Shown piece after piece: positions 48,154-58,243 of a stretch of 64,000 nt of DNA (positions are counted from its first letter, which is position 1; each line of letters opens with the position of its first letter). This stretch comes from an uncultured virus (IMG/VR IMGVR_UViG_3300018083_000026). Its lineage: Duplodnaviria > Heunggongvirae > Uroviricota > Caudoviricetes. Position numbers and translations under genes: made by a program. The notes under the pieces are model-generated. The model worked only from the letters and a program-made list of their open reading frames with translations. It did no database searches and was not told where the DNA came from. The stretch is from the IMG/VR virus record IMGVR_UViG_3300018083_000026. One strand, written 5' to 3'.

Positions 48154-48715
48154 CTTAGACCAAGAAGAGAGGGAAGTGAATCAAATTGCTTCCCGCATCT
48201 CCCAGCTAGAAGCGGCAGTGGAGCGAGAGGTGGAAGGACTAGCTGAGGCCAATGTCACTCTCGCTTGCACCCAGGACGCACAAGAAATCCTCCAGCTCAT
48301 TGCTCAAGCCGTCCAGCAGAAGGCGCACGAGCGCATCTCCAAAGTCGTCTCCTCCTGCTTGTCCACCGTGTTTGACGACCCTTACGAATTCAAAATTCAA
48401 TTCGAACGGAAGCGAGGACGCACGGAAGCCAGCCTACGCTTCCTCCGGCGTGGGCTGGACGTGGACCCTTTATCCGCCAGCGGAGGAGGAATGATAGATG
48501 TAGCAGCATTCGCCTTGCGGGTGGCGTGCCTCATGTTGCACCGGCCCCGGTTGGCCAAGGTCGTAGTGATTGACGAGGGCTTTAAGTTTGTAAGCAGTCA
48601 ATACCGGGAGAATGTCCGCTTCATGCTGGAAGGGCTAGCCAAAGACCTAGGTGTGCAGATTATCCAAGTGACGCACATCGAAGAGCTGGAGACGGGGAAG
48701 GTGATTGAATTATGA
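48137..48715 (+). CDS. SbcC/Rad50 C-terminal half
   Basis: SGGG signature, VVIDE Walker B, VTH. Confidence 0.88.
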   Translation: MEIMINLDQEEREVNQIASRISQLEAAVEREVEGLAEANVTLACTQDAQEILQLIAQAVQQKAHERISKVVSSCLSTVFDDPYEFKIQFERKRGRTEASLRFLRRGLDVDPLSASGGGMIDVAAFALRVACLMLHRPRLAKVVVIDEGFKFVSSQYRENVRFMLEGLAKDLGVQIIQVTHIEELETGKVIEL

Positions 48716-48923
48716 AACAACTAGAAGACTTAGACCCTTTTCCTTTCGGGAAGTATAAAGTAGGAGGCAAGGACCCCGCATCATGCAAGAAGTCCCAGCC
48801 TCCTATTACCACTATCTTTGGACGCATGGGTTGAAGGAAGATAAGTCCTCCCCGGTTGCCGATTACATTCGCCGCAATCTGCTAGCTCTTAAGAAAGAGC
48901 ACCCTGACGGCATCTGGAGTTAG
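48712..48923 (+). pseudogene. Frameshifted PFGKYK-family small gene (DUF3820/ExoX C-terminal-like)
   Basis: MKQLEDLDPFPFGKYK in one frame, MQEVPASYYHYLW in another; break at C-run 48774-48777. Confidence 0.6.
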
Positions 48924-49086
48924 CCCTTCTCGGCGCTTTTAGCCGGTAACCCCTCCCACCACACGTAAGGCAGGCAGGAGCCCGACAAAGAGTTGCCTCT
49001 ACAGACCTTCCCGTCCCGTAGCAACCTAAGCAAGGTATTACTATCGGACTCCTCTTCAATAAATATATTGGAGACCGAAACTTCAT
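48889..49086 (-). CDS. Small DnaJ-type Zn finger protein
   Basis: CLGCYGTG...CLTCGGRG. Confidence 0.5.
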   Translation of the reverse strand: MKFRSPIYLLKRSPIVIPCLGCYGTGRSVEATLCRAPACLTCGGRGYRLKAPRRANSRCRQGALS

Positions 49087-49130
49087 ACCTTCATCTTACT
49101 ACCTGAATCCATTCAGGCAAGAATTATTTT

Positions 49131-52100
49131 TTACGGGTAGGCAGGAACCGTATGCTCGGCAGATACATTCGTCGACAGCTCATCGCCCCAAACGTCCTGG
49201 AGAGATATCCGGTAGTAGTAAGCGGGATGGGTGTCGCCCGAATCCAGCGGGATGCCTAGATTCAATTCCGCGGCCGGGTCCATAGTAGCAATAGTGGTGA
49301 AGGGAACATCGACGTTGGGATCTATGCCAGGGGTCAGCGACAGCCAAATCTTTACCCGGTTCACATCTTCGTTCTCCGCGGGCGGAGTCCAAGAGAAATG
49401 ATAATAGGCGTAATCATCATCCGCACTTACAAAGGCAACTGTCACGGGCTCGCTAAGCTCCGGAATAGTGTTGTGAAGCTCTAAGGAGACAGGAGAGCCG
49501 GAAGGCAGGACTTCGGAAGTGTCATCATCTTCAAACAAGGGATCTACGGTGACCAGCATCTCCCGCACCACATTAGAATCTGCCACTGCCGCCGTGTAGT
49601 CATATATGTAGCTGAGGGCCGTCTGAGTGAGCGTTCGCTTTAGGATGGGAGCCGACTCGCTGTTATCATACACTTTGATTTGGTAGCCCACCGCATATTG
49701 CGAAGCAAACCAACTCACCGCCCACTCTAATCCCTCCCAAGGCGTGGACTCGTTCAAGCTGGCTAACTGCCCTACCACAGTCTGCTCCTGAATCCAAGGA
49801 CCGGGCCCTGTATTCACCGCCGCCACCCGCACGTAGAAGTCTCCAGGGAATACTTGCAGCTGGATAGAAGTGCGGGTGGTATTAGGCTGGTTCTGCCAAT
49901 TCTCCCCGTCCTCTGAAGTCTGGATGATGTAATACTGGGCCCCGAATGCTGCCGTCCACGACACTTGCACAATGAGCAAAGCGCCATCCATTTGCGTGAG
50001 ATATATGAAGTCAATCTCCGGCAAGTCCGGTGGCAGCGGCGGGAAGAATATTACACCCAAGGGAGGAGGAGTTAAACTGTCAAAGGAATGAATGATAGGA
50101 ACATCGGCCACCGCGCTAATCCGGATAACCTCCTGCCCCTGCGGTTCTATCTTCATCACTTTGAGATACTTAGTGATTTGATTGGAGACGCCAAACATGA
50201 AAAGCATGGGCTCCGTTGTGCCGTCCTGCAAGAAGTCTATCTCCATTGCCGTGTTAATAGCTACTTGCTGGGCGTCCGCAGTCTGCCGAACTAGCAAAGG
50301 CCCTATCACATTAGCCGTCCGCCCGCGCAATAGGATTTGGTGGTCCACGCCTTCCATAAATGTAACCGGTTCCGACAGCCAAAGATGGTAGAGTGTTCCT
50401 TCGCCCCGCACGGCTTTGACCACATAGCCTGCCTGTCCCCAACTAGGCACGTCATGGCATACGGCTATCAAGTCTCCGTAAGTCGGGATGAATCCTTCCA
50501 TTCCCGTGTCGAAGGAAATGTTCTCCCGCAAGTATCGTTTGCACGCCATCATATACAAGCCGGCACGATAAGCATGCGTGCGATCTTGAACGCCCGACAA
50601 CCTAATATCCTCCGGATGGTCGGAAGTTCCGCCGGGCAGGACAGCTACCACTTGCTCTTGTTTGTAGCCAGTCGATGGGTCGGTGTATTCAATTTGGATG
50701 CTGTCATACTCATCCAAGTCCCAGAGCTTAATGTCCCATTGAAAAGTGCCACTAACGATATTCTCTTGGTTAAACATCGCCACCGGCACGTCTAGTGGCC
50801 CGTCCCGCTTCACCGTGACTAAAGAACCAGTAAGCAAAGGAATGGCGCGTCCTACCCTAACCACGGTCTGAGCCGTAGCCCAAACAGTGCCAGCATCGCG
50901 AAAGATCCAATCGAAGTATTCATTGCGGCTAGTATAGAGCGCGTCCAACTCTAGCAAGACATCCCAATCGAAGTAACCCTCCTCTAGGCGCCCGCCATAC
51001 AAGCTGCGGAAGACATCCACCATTGCCCAGATAATTGAGCGAGTAGCTACCGGCTCCGTAAACCCTCCCGACTCATACATTGGCAGCTTGCGGGTGGCAA
51101 TGACGTTAAATCTTTGCTGGGTGTTAGCGTTCAGATTGTTAGAAGCCCGTATCTTCACTGCTATCAAAGTCACATCTCCAAAACTATGCTCCTCCGAAGA
51201 AGAGATAAAGGAACGGAGCCCTTCCCAAACCACATCATTACCAGCCCGTGGAGAAAGCTTCTTGAGTCCTGTCCTCCGCAACCGGACTTCATATCTGCCG
51301 ACAGGAACACCAGTAGAATAAGTCTTGCGCTGGGGAGTCGTCGTCTTTCCCGTAATAGTTATAGGGGAAGGGACAATTAAATCGGTATAGTCGCCCAGCG
51401 GCGTTCCTGTATTGTCTATCAGCCGCTTCTCCGCCTCCACCGTAATAGTCATATTCTGCAAGCTGCCGGAGGAACTCATTTTGTAGATGCCCTTGGGAAA
51501 AACTAAATCGATTTCGATCTTCTCCGTTTCTGAGCCCACCGGGCAGACGGGGAAGGGTCCAACCCAGCCGTCCGGGACATACTCCTCTTCATTAGGAGCA
51601 AGCAAAGTATGACCGCCGGCCTCCGGAGAGGTATAGACATTGGTGGCAAACAATGAGGTGGACCCGCCCGGAGGAATGACTTCATATTCTACTTCCTGAT
51701 AGTCGGAGATGCTGGCGTCCCCAATCTGTATTGCTTCTATGTCATACTGCCCTTGGCCCAAACAGTAAAGCGAGTGTTGATATTGATCGTTTCCCGAGTA
51801 TTGGTAGAAGGGACGGGAAGCCAGGGAAGGGTAGACCCGGTTTCGCCCGTAGCAAACTTCGATGGGCTCTCCCAAACGGATTTCATTGCTCTGCCCCTTG
51901 ACAGAATAAACGGGATCGGATTCGGGCCCTCCGCCAGGAGGAGGCGGCACCGGCATCAACACCAGCACCAGCACCATGACAATCACCACAATGATTAAGG
52001 CAATGATAAGTTCAATGCCTTGCGGAATGGCAATGAAGTTTACCACGTCGCCCTCTTGAATAGGTCGGTCCCAATCCTTCCGCAGAAGCGGCTGGCCGTT

Positions 52101-52268
52101 GAAGAGGCAGATAGTGGGCAGGGGGAATTCCTGGGTTTCGGGATGGCGGCAAGCCACCCACTCCATGACTAGGATGCCACAAGGCACTTGATGCCGCTCC
52201 ACCTTATAGGGGTTGAAAGAATCGGCTGTCTCAAACACCCATCCCATCTTTGGTCTTATTGTTTCCAT
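49131..52268 (-). CDS. Tail tip / host specificity protein (lambda J-like)
   Basis: 1045 aa; GEPIEVCYGR, GRYEVRLRR, FN3 modules. Confidence 0.88.
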   Translation of the reverse strand: METIRPKMGWVFETADSFNPYKVERHQVPCGILVMEWVACRHPETQEFPLPTICLFNGQPLLRKDWDRPIQEGDVVNFIAIPQGIELIIALIIVVIVMVLVLVLMPVPPPPGGGPESDPVYSVKGQSNEIRLGEPIEVCYGRNRVYPSLASRPFYQYSGNDQYQHSLYCLGQGQYDIEAIQIGDASISDYQEVEYEVIPPGGSTSLFATNVYTSPEAGGHTLLAPNEEEYVPDGWVGPFPVCPVGSETEKIEIDLVFPKGIYKMSSSGSLQNMTITVEAEKRLIDNTGTPLGDYTDLIVPSPITITGKTTTPQRKTYSTGVPVGRYEVRLRRTGLKKLSPRAGNDVVWEGLRSFISSSEEHSFGDVTLIAVKIRASNNLNANTQQRFNVIATRKLPMYESGGFTEPVATRSIIWAMVDVFRSLYGGRLEEGYFDWDVLLELDALYTSRNEYFDWIFRDAGTVWATAQTVVRVGRAIPLLTGSLVTVKRDGPLDVPVAMFNQENIVSGTFQWDIKLWDLDEYDSIQIEYTDPSTGYKQEQVVAVLPGGTSDHPEDIRLSGVQDRTHAYRAGLYMMACKRYLRENISFDTGMEGFIPTYGDLIAVCHDVPSWGQAGYVVKAVRGEGTLYHLWLSEPVTFMEGVDHQILLRGRTANVIGPLLVRQTADAQQVAINTAMEIDFLQDGTTEPMLFMFGVSNQITKYLKVMKIEPQGQEVIRISAVADVPIIHSFDSLTPPPLGVIFFPPLPPDLPEIDFIYLTQMDGALLIVQVSWTAAFGAQYYIIQTSEDGENWQNQPNTTRTSIQLQVFPGDFYVRVAAVNTGPGPWIQEQTVVGQLASLNESTPWEGLEWAVSWFASQYAVGYQIKVYDNSESAPILKRTLTQTALSYIYDYTAAVADSNVVREMLVTVDPLFEDDDTSEVLPSGSPVSLELHNTIPELSEPVTVAFVSADDDYAYYHFSWTPPAENEDVNRVKIWLSLTPGIDPNVDVPFTTIATMDPAAELNLGIPLDSGDTHPAYYYRISLQDVWGDELSTNVSAEHTVPAYP

Positions 52269-52663
52269 TCTCGATGACGGTAGAATTTCATGTGTCTAAT
52301 CCCCTTGAGTTTAATCCCTTTTGGCGTGTCAGCAATGACCTTATGCCGACCCCAACAATGTATCACCTTTCCTCCGTCCGCCCCAATCCACAAGCCTACA
52401 TGGTGCATCACTTCGCCCTGACTCATCGTCACAGCACAAGCATCAAAAGGCTTCTCCACTTTCACCCAGTCCTGCTCCACTTCCTTCTCGATAGCAGCAC
52501 ACAAAGCAGAGACTTCGCAAGCTGGTATCCCCGGGATGAAAGGCAAGGTGATTCCAAACTCATTCTCATACACCAGGCAAATCAACCCCCAGCAATCCAC
52601 ACCACCTACCGTCCTCCCGCTTATCTCGTAAGGGAGCCCAATGTATTTAGTGGCCCAATGCAT
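52256..52663 (-). CDS. NlpC/P60 tail tip protein (K-like)
   Basis: YIGLPY..GR...GVDCWGL, HVG, H. Confidence 0.9.
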   Translation of the reverse strand: MHWATKYIGLPYEISGRTVGGVDCWGLICLVYENEFGITLPFIPGIPACEVSALCAAIEKEVEQDWVKVEKPFDACAVTMSQGEVMHHVGLWIGADGGKVIHCWGRHKVIADTPKGIKLKGIRHMKFYRHREWKQ

Positions 52664-53163
52664 TATCCCAGCGAGGGAAAGCGGCTGCGGGTATAAAGCT
52701 CAGCCGGGAATTTCTTGTTGACGATATCCATGAAGGTGGCCCGCCCTACAACCTGGACCGCTGTGATCCGCACGTCTTTTAAGAACAACACCAGCGGAGG
52801 AATCATTTGTGGATGGGTAAGGTCATCACTGAGATAAGGACGATAGATAACTTTGATGGGCTCCGCAACCGACATGGCCGCATTCATAAAGGCCGTTACC
52901 CGCAAGCCTACATTGTCGATGGCGATGTTAAGACTTTGAAATCCTTCTTCGTTGGACGGTGGGAGGGAAAAAGAGAATCCCACCGGCTCGAACACCCGCT
53001 CCACTCCGTTCTCGTCCGTTGCCACCATGCCCCGCCGCGCCTGGACTAGGAAGATAGGGTCTTGCACACCTTCCTGGCGTATCTCAATCGTGTTGAGAAT
53101 AACCTTGCTGGCCGGGGCCAGCGCGAAGGCTTCCTTGATGGCGTCCTGCAAAGATGAGTTCAT
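52663..53163 (-). CDS. Tail tip protein (DUF1833/L-like)
   Basis: IDNV, YR.YLSDDL, FP...Y....FP.L. Confidence 0.85.
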   Translation of the reverse strand: MNSSLQDAIKEAFALAPASKVILNTIEIRQEGVQDPIFLVQARRGMVATDENGVERVFEPVGFSFSLPPSNEEGFQSLNIAIDNVGLRVTAFMNAAMSVAEPIKVIYRPYLSDDLTHPQMIPPLVLFLKDVRITAVQVVGRATFMDIVNKKFPAELYTRSRFPSLG

Positions 53164-53165
53164 GC

Positions 53166-54413
53166 TTAAGCAAGCGTTCGGCCTACGTGGATGCGGAAGG
53201 AGAGGGTCAAAGTGTAAAGGGAGCTCTTTGTTTGTGCCTCGTCAAAGACACAAACAAAGGCGCACCCCGTTGACTCCGGATAAACAGAAGACCCGAATCT
53301 ATAGGTTCCCAAACCCATGCTCCGAAAATCAGTTCTATTAGCCGCTCCTACTGCAAAGGTTGTGGACTTATCCCGGAAGAAATCCAAAGCCACGTAGGAG
53401 GACAGTGTAACAATTTGATGAGCTGAATTAGCTGTGCGGTCCACCGCCGCCGTATTAAAGGAAGTAGGAGCAGAGGCATTAGGAGAAATCCAAATGTAAC
53501 AAGAGTAAAGGCCACTCGCAGTATCGACTATGCAAGGCTCTAGACATCCTGTCCCATAAGACCCGCCCGCATCCGATTGCTGATAAGTCCCATCTGTTGC
53601 AATTCCAATGATGCCAGGAAGTTGCCATTGTTGGTCACCGTCCAGCGAGGTGGAAGGAAGCACGGGCCATCCGGTGATATTAAAAGTAGCCGGAGTCAGT
53701 GTGGTAGGAGACACCGCAATGGTGAGGGTATAGATAACTCTGAATTGCTGGCCGGCAATAAGCGGAACGCCGGAGGAGAGCTTGATGCGTGAAAAGAGAT
53801 TATTACCCGGAGTAGACGTCCAAGAGAAACCCACCTCGTTATAAGTCACCCCTCCCGATTCCGCGGAGAAGTCGAAAGTCCTCTTTAACACACAAGAACT
53901 TCCCGACACGGAACTGCCGCAGTTACCCGACCCCGTTAGATAAACGCTGTGACGCTTGACCTCCGTAGCCAGTCCAACCTGACTAGTCTTATAAATAGTG
54001 AACTCACCCGAGCTAAGGGTCCCTGACGGTATGTATTCGACATGGGTAGCGTCGGTTACCGCAGTGATCCGAACTTCAGTCCCGCTGCTAGACCCACTTG
54101 ACATTTTCAACATATCACCCACTGCCGCATTAGAAGTAAAATTGAAGGAGCCGGGTCCCGTAAAGGTAGTGCTAGCACCCGAGCCATTCTCTCCGGCTCC
54201 AGAAGCCGCATTGGTTGCCGTTGTGCCTGTCCCCGCCGCGCAATGGAGAAATGCATCACCCCAAACCACACTAGAGCATACCGTATTCAATCCCTGGTTG
54301 AGGATTAGGTTTTTCTGTGGCTCGTAGGAACGCACCACACGACCCTTTTCTACCACCTGACATTGGACGACACCACTCGCTTGTTGATAACAGTGACTGA
54401 TTATTTTGTTCAT
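53166..54413 (-). CDS. Virion structural protein
   Basis: NLILNQGL, GTGTT, EVG, LFSR tail-collar-like motifs. Confidence 0.65.
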   Translation of the reverse strand: MNKIISHCYQQASGVVQCQVVEKGRVVRSYEPQKNLILNQGLNTVCSSVVWGDAFLHCAAGTGTTATNAASGAGENGSGASTTFTGPGSFNFTSNAAVGDMLKMSSGSSSGTEVRITAVTDATHVEYIPSGTLSSGEFTIYKTSQVGLATEVKRHSVYLTGSGNCGSSVSGSSCVLKRTFDFSAESGGVTYNEVGFSWTSTPGNNLFSRIKLSSGVPLIAGQQFRVIYTLTIAVSPTTLTPATFNITGWPVLPSTSLDGDQQWQLPGIIGIATDGTYQQSDAGGSYGTGCLEPCIVDTASGLYSCYIWISPNASAPTSFNTAAVDRTANSAHQIVTLSSYVALDFFRDKSTTFAVGAANRTDFRSMGLGTYRFGSSVYPESTGCAFVCVFDEAQTKSSLYTLTLSFRIHVGRTLA

Positions 54414-54427
54414 AAATTTCTTTCTGT

Positions 54428-55255
54428 TTAGGCCAGAACATAGCTGCCTGATTGAAATCCGGCCGATGAAGAACTCGATTCAGAATGTGTAGTTGGAACA
54501 GAAGTAAGGGTATAGACACCCGACAGGAATCCACTGGAGGAAGAACCCTCGTCCGCTTGGTCCGGGGAAACTATCACGATAAGAGTGTAGACACCGGACA
54601 GAAATCCACCCACGGAGGAGCCCTCATCCGCCTCCGTGACAAAAACCACCACCGGCAGATAGACACCCGACAGGAATCCACTGGAGGAAGAACCCTCGTC
54701 CGCTTGGTCCGGAGCAAACGTTACCGACAAAAAGTGCTCCCCTGTTAGAAACCCGGCCAAACTAGTAGCCTCTTCTGGAGCCCGGCCCAATTCCCCATCG
54801 GAAAAGGACGCTGATGTGCTGGCGCTGTCCGAAACGATTGATCGAATGTGCAAGGAAGGATATTCCTCTTGCTCCTCCTCATCCACTTCCAAAATAGCCG
54901 AGACAGTAAACAAGTTATCAGACTGAGAGAAATTATACTTGCCATCCAAAAAGGCATACGAGCGAGTGAACCTAATGAAAGTGGAAGGACCATCGGAAGG
55001 CTCAATCGTTTCCATCACAAAGAAGAGCGAGCCGTGTTTCAAATCGTTGATAAAGAAATTTCGGAACGTCACATAGGCGTCCGCCACAAAGTTCCAGGTG
55101 ACGTCCACAACCTCGATGGGCTCCAGCTGCAATCGCCGAATCCGTTTGCGCCCGCTTTCCATCTCGGTGATTTGCGAGCGGGGTAGAATTTGATGTCTCC
55201 TCTCTACAAGAGGAGTATCAAGTCCTTCGGGCCAGTAAGGTAAATCGCTGTCCAT
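54428..55255 (-). CDS. Distal-tail-like protein with C-terminal repeats
   Basis: WP..L..P, MESGR.R.R, F..F...L..G. Confidence 0.6.
   Translation of the reverse strand: MDSDLPYWPEGLDTPLVERRHQILPRSQITEMESGRKRIRRLQLEPIEVVDVTWNFVADAYVTFRNFFINDLKHGSLFFVMETIEPSDGPSTFIRFTRSYAFLDGKYNFSQSDNLFTVSAILEVDEEEQEEYPSLHIRSIVSDSASTSASFSDGELGRAPEEATSLAGFLTGEHFLSVTFAPDQADEGSSSSGFLSGVYLPVVVFVTEADEGSSVGGFLSGVYTLIVIVSPDQADEGSSSSGFLSGVYTLTSVPTTHSESSSSSAGFQSGSYVLA
54512..54712. repeat. 54-bp exact direct repeat (DQADEGSSSSGFLSGVY units)
   Basis: 54512-54565 equals 54659-54712, with a diverged copy between. Confidence 0.85.
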
Positions 55256-55258
55256 ATC

Positions 55259-56182
55259 TTAAGGCCATTTATATTGCCAGTTGTTAGTCCATGTCGATGA
55301 GGAATAAACGAGAGGACTTCCATTGCCATACAGGAGCGCCACGTCATTAGTGCTGAGAGTCCGATTCCAATAAGCCATTTCATCGACCCCTCCTAAATAC
55401 CCATAGCTGCCGTCGATTAAATTGCCTATTCCAAAATAATTGTAAGGACTGCCCGTGTTCGTCGCCGATTGGAATAGCGGGATGACGGAGGCAATGGGCT
55501 GAGTCACCCGGGCGCCACCGTTGGTCTGGAACCACAGAGCCGGGATCTGCCCATCATATCCTAACGCCACGTGAATCCACTGATTAGTCCAGGTGCTGCC
55601 CGTGCTGAATAGCTTAACAAAGCCAATACCTGAGTTGGTTCCTGTGGTCATGTTGGCGAAGAACCCTAAGTAAGTGCCGCCGCTGTCGTAGGCCAGTTTA
55701 TACTTTTGTCCCGGAGAGCCACCACCGGTCTGCCAAATGCCCAAAATAGTATTGAGACCCGTTTCCCTTCCAATCTTTAGCCACGCGGAGATCGTGAAGG
55801 AGTTCGTGCCGCCGCTAGAATAGTTGGTGGAACTGAGGTTGGGATTAGGAACACCATTTGTGATTCTCGAGGCGTAGGAGATGCTATTGGCCGCGCCGTT
55901 GAAGTAGACACCATTGCTAGATACTCCTACGACGTTGGTGGGCCCGTTGGCCCCAACCAGCGACTCCCGCATATACACACCGTCTAAATACTTGTCCGCC
56001 GTGCGAGTGTTATCCATCGTGAAATAGTCCAGCAAACCGTCGCCCAAGTTGGTGGTAGACCCACCGCTTCCGCCGGCCGCTGCGGGGATATACGCAAAGG
56101 GCCACGTCGGGTCCAGATGCGTAAAGGCCTGTCCGAGCAAGGAACAAACAGACAAAAGCAATATCGTGAGGATGTTCTTCAT
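55259..56182 (-). CDS. Signal-peptide LamG/concanavalin-like domain protein
   Basis: MKNILTILLL; FTISAW, WIHV, GGVDEMAYWNRTLS..DV..LY. Confidence 0.8.
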   Translation of the reverse strand: MKNILTILLLSVCSLLGQAFTHLDPTWPFAYIPAAAGGSGGSTTNLGDGLLDYFTMDNTRTADKYLDGVYMRESLVGANGPTNVVGVSSNGVYFNGAANSISYASRITNGVPNPNLSSTNYSSGGTNSFTISAWLKIGRETGLNTILGIWQTGGGSPGQKYKLAYDSGGTYLGFFANMTTGTNSGIGFVKLFSTGSTWTNQWIHVALGYDGQIPALWFQTNGGARVTQPIASVIPLFQSATNTGSPYNYFGIGNLIDGSYGYLGGVDEMAYWNRTLSTNDVALLYGNGSPLVYSSSTWTNNWQYKWP

Positions 56183-57432
56183 TTGATAGGATAGGACGCG
56201 CCGTTGGTCCACTTCTTTCCGTTGTTGATAAAAGTCACGGCAGTGACGTTGGTCACGTTCCACGTTCCATTGGTCGCCAGCATACCCGAAGGCGGAGTCA
56301 TGTTCCATACGGAGGCGGTCGAGTTTGTGATAAAGTAAACAGTTGTTTGAATGTTGGTGTGGGATACTCCGGTGAACCCAGACCAAGCAAAAGCCGCATT
56401 GGTGCCGAAATCCCGATATTCTACAAAGCCACCAAAGACGATCGCTTGCGTGCCAGCGTTGGTGGGATAAAGGACCGTGCCTAGAATGGACGTCGTTGCC
56501 TGGAGCAAGGGGAAGGTTCCTTGAATTTGATTTGCATAGAGGGTGGCACTTGTTACAGGGACGTTCACAGAAATATGAGAGTCGTAGTTTCCCCCGATAA
56601 CAAAGTTCCAAGTAGGAGTATTGACTACCGCGTCGGCTTTCCATCGCAACATCAGACGTGAACCATAAGGTAAGTTCGTTGCCGTGTTCACATTTATCGT
56701 CGTGCTGAAGATCGTAGGTGTAGCAGACTCGCTGAACAACTGCGGACCGGACGAGGCCAATTCTATGATGGTGTCGTTAGTGAACCAAACGTATATCTCC
56801 GGATGAGCGGTAATGGATTGTGCGCCGGCTCCACCAGAGACGTAGACATACGTTTGCAAGTGAACCGGCCCCTCTTCAATCCGACTTACCGTATTAGTAG
56901 TGATGCGGGATAAGAAATAAACTCCCGCTGTAGGAACGGCGATAGAATTTGTAGCACCCGCAGCCACCGGCGTATCGATCATCGTTGTAAGGTTAGTGGC
57001 GATGCCAATATCCGTGTTAGTGACGGCGGAGAAGAAGTAGTGCTGATTAAGATTCGCTACCAAAGCCCTAACATAATTGGTGGAGGCTACTCCGTTCGTG
57101 TCAGGCGCGAGCAATGTAGATGGCATCACGCTGTCCTTGAGGACGAATAGATTGGTGTCGACGCCACCCACTTCAGAAGCCAAAGCAAACTCGTCCGCAT
57201 CATGAGTGATAATGTCCCCGGCATCCGAAATGGCGGAGGAGGGGATATTGGTCAGCCCCGTGCCGCCGCCGGCAACATTGTCCGCTTGCAAGGTTGCGAC
57301 GTTGGTAATGGACTTTTGATTTCCGTTGAGGTTGCTTTGCAGATAAGCCCGGTTCAGAGGCTGGCGAGTGGCGGCGAAGGCTGTTAAGTCGAGCAGTGAA
57401 ATCAGGACGATTAATCTAAGTAAGGTTTTCAT
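56179..57432 (-). CDS. Signal-peptide Thr/Asn-rich protein in tail region
   Basis: MKTLLRLIVLISLL..TAFA; beta-rich, many TN dipeptides. Confidence 0.7.
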   Translation of the reverse strand: MKTLLRLIVLISLLDLTAFAATRQPLNRAYLQSNLNGNQKSITNVATLQADNVAGGGTGLTNIPSSAISDAGDIITHDADEFALASEVGGVDTNLFVLKDSVMPSTLLAPDTNGVASTNYVRALVANLNQHYFFSAVTNTDIGIATNLTTMIDTPVAAGATNSIAVPTAGVYFLSRITTNTVSRIEEGPVHLQTYVYVSGGAGAQSITAHPEIYVWFTNDTIIELASSGPQLFSESATPTIFSTTINVNTATNLPYGSRLMLRWKADAVVNTPTWNFVIGGNYDSHISVNVPVTSATLYANQIQGTFPLLQATTSILGTVLYPTNAGTQAIVFGGFVEYRDFGTNAAFAWSGFTGVSHTNIQTTVYFITNSTASVWNMTPPSGMLATNGTWNVTNVTAVTFINNGKKWTNGASYPIK

Positions 57433-57773
57433 GAGGCTGTTATGGCATCTCCTTTTAATGTATAGTAAAGCCGATAGTTAGCGTTCGATGTTATGCCGCT
57501 AAGTTGGAAGGAGAAACCGTCAGCGGACAAAGAACCTCGAATAGGATTGGCGAAGATGGAATCGCCGTCAGCAGGAATCTCGACGGTGAGCTGGACCCTA
57601 GTAGGAACAAAGGGAAGGCCCAACCCAGTCACCACCCCGCCTTCCTCTTCGTTGCCCAAATCATATGAGCCGTTGTAAGTAGGATCGGTTCCAATAAACG
57701 GGATAAGCAAGGCGTTGGCTATCGCCTCATCTACCTGGGCACCGGTATAGGCTGATTGATATGGCGTGGTCAT
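57429..57773 (-). CDS. Tail-associated protein
   Basis: YTGAQVDEAI N-terminus. Confidence 0.6.
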   Translation of the reverse strand: MTTPYQSAYTGAQVDEAIANALLIPFIGTDPTYNGSYDLGNEEEGGVVTGLGLPFVPTRVQLTVEIPADGDSIFANPIRGSLSADGFSFQLSGITSNANYRLYYTLKGDAITAS

Positions 57774-58243
57774 ACGTGAACACTATAGAGGAATTCGTCC
57801 AACGTGGCAAAGGGAGTCTCCGCCGGGAGAACGTAGAAGTAGATCCAATCAATAATAGGAGAGGGGTCGGCGCCGGCGAGGCTGAGCCTGACAATATCTA
57901 AGTCGGCTTCGACCACCCAGTTCCCATCCTGATAGTCCGCCGCATAACTGGAAGTAAAACGGACCATCCACTCCGTCAAGTCCGTCGCCCGTGGATAACG
58001 TAACTCAATTAGAAAGAGGCTGGCGCCATTGCCCAGGGTGTCGAGGAAGAACGCCTTAAAAGCTTCGTATTCACTAATCGACAGGACCCACTGAACACTG
58101 GCGCCGACCACAGAAGCGTGGAACCGGCGCCGGCGTTGTATCTTCGGATTGCTCAGCTTGCTAGCCAGGGTGACGTGCAAAGGTAGCCCACTGTAATCCA
58201 TTAGTGGAAGAGGCAGGGCAGAGGGCCACGCGGTCATACTCAT
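57770..58243 (-). CDS. Distal tail protein (M-like)
   Basis: Directly after TMP; WP..LP.P, F..F....L.NG. Confidence 0.7.
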   Translation of the reverse strand: MSMTAWPSALPLPLMDYSGLPLHVTLASKLSNPKIQRRRRFHASVVGASVQWVLSISEYEAFKAFFLDTLGNGASLFLIELRYPRATDLTEWMVRFTSSYAADYQDGNWVVEADLDIVRLSLAGADPSPIIDWIYFYVLPAETPFATLDEFLYSVHV

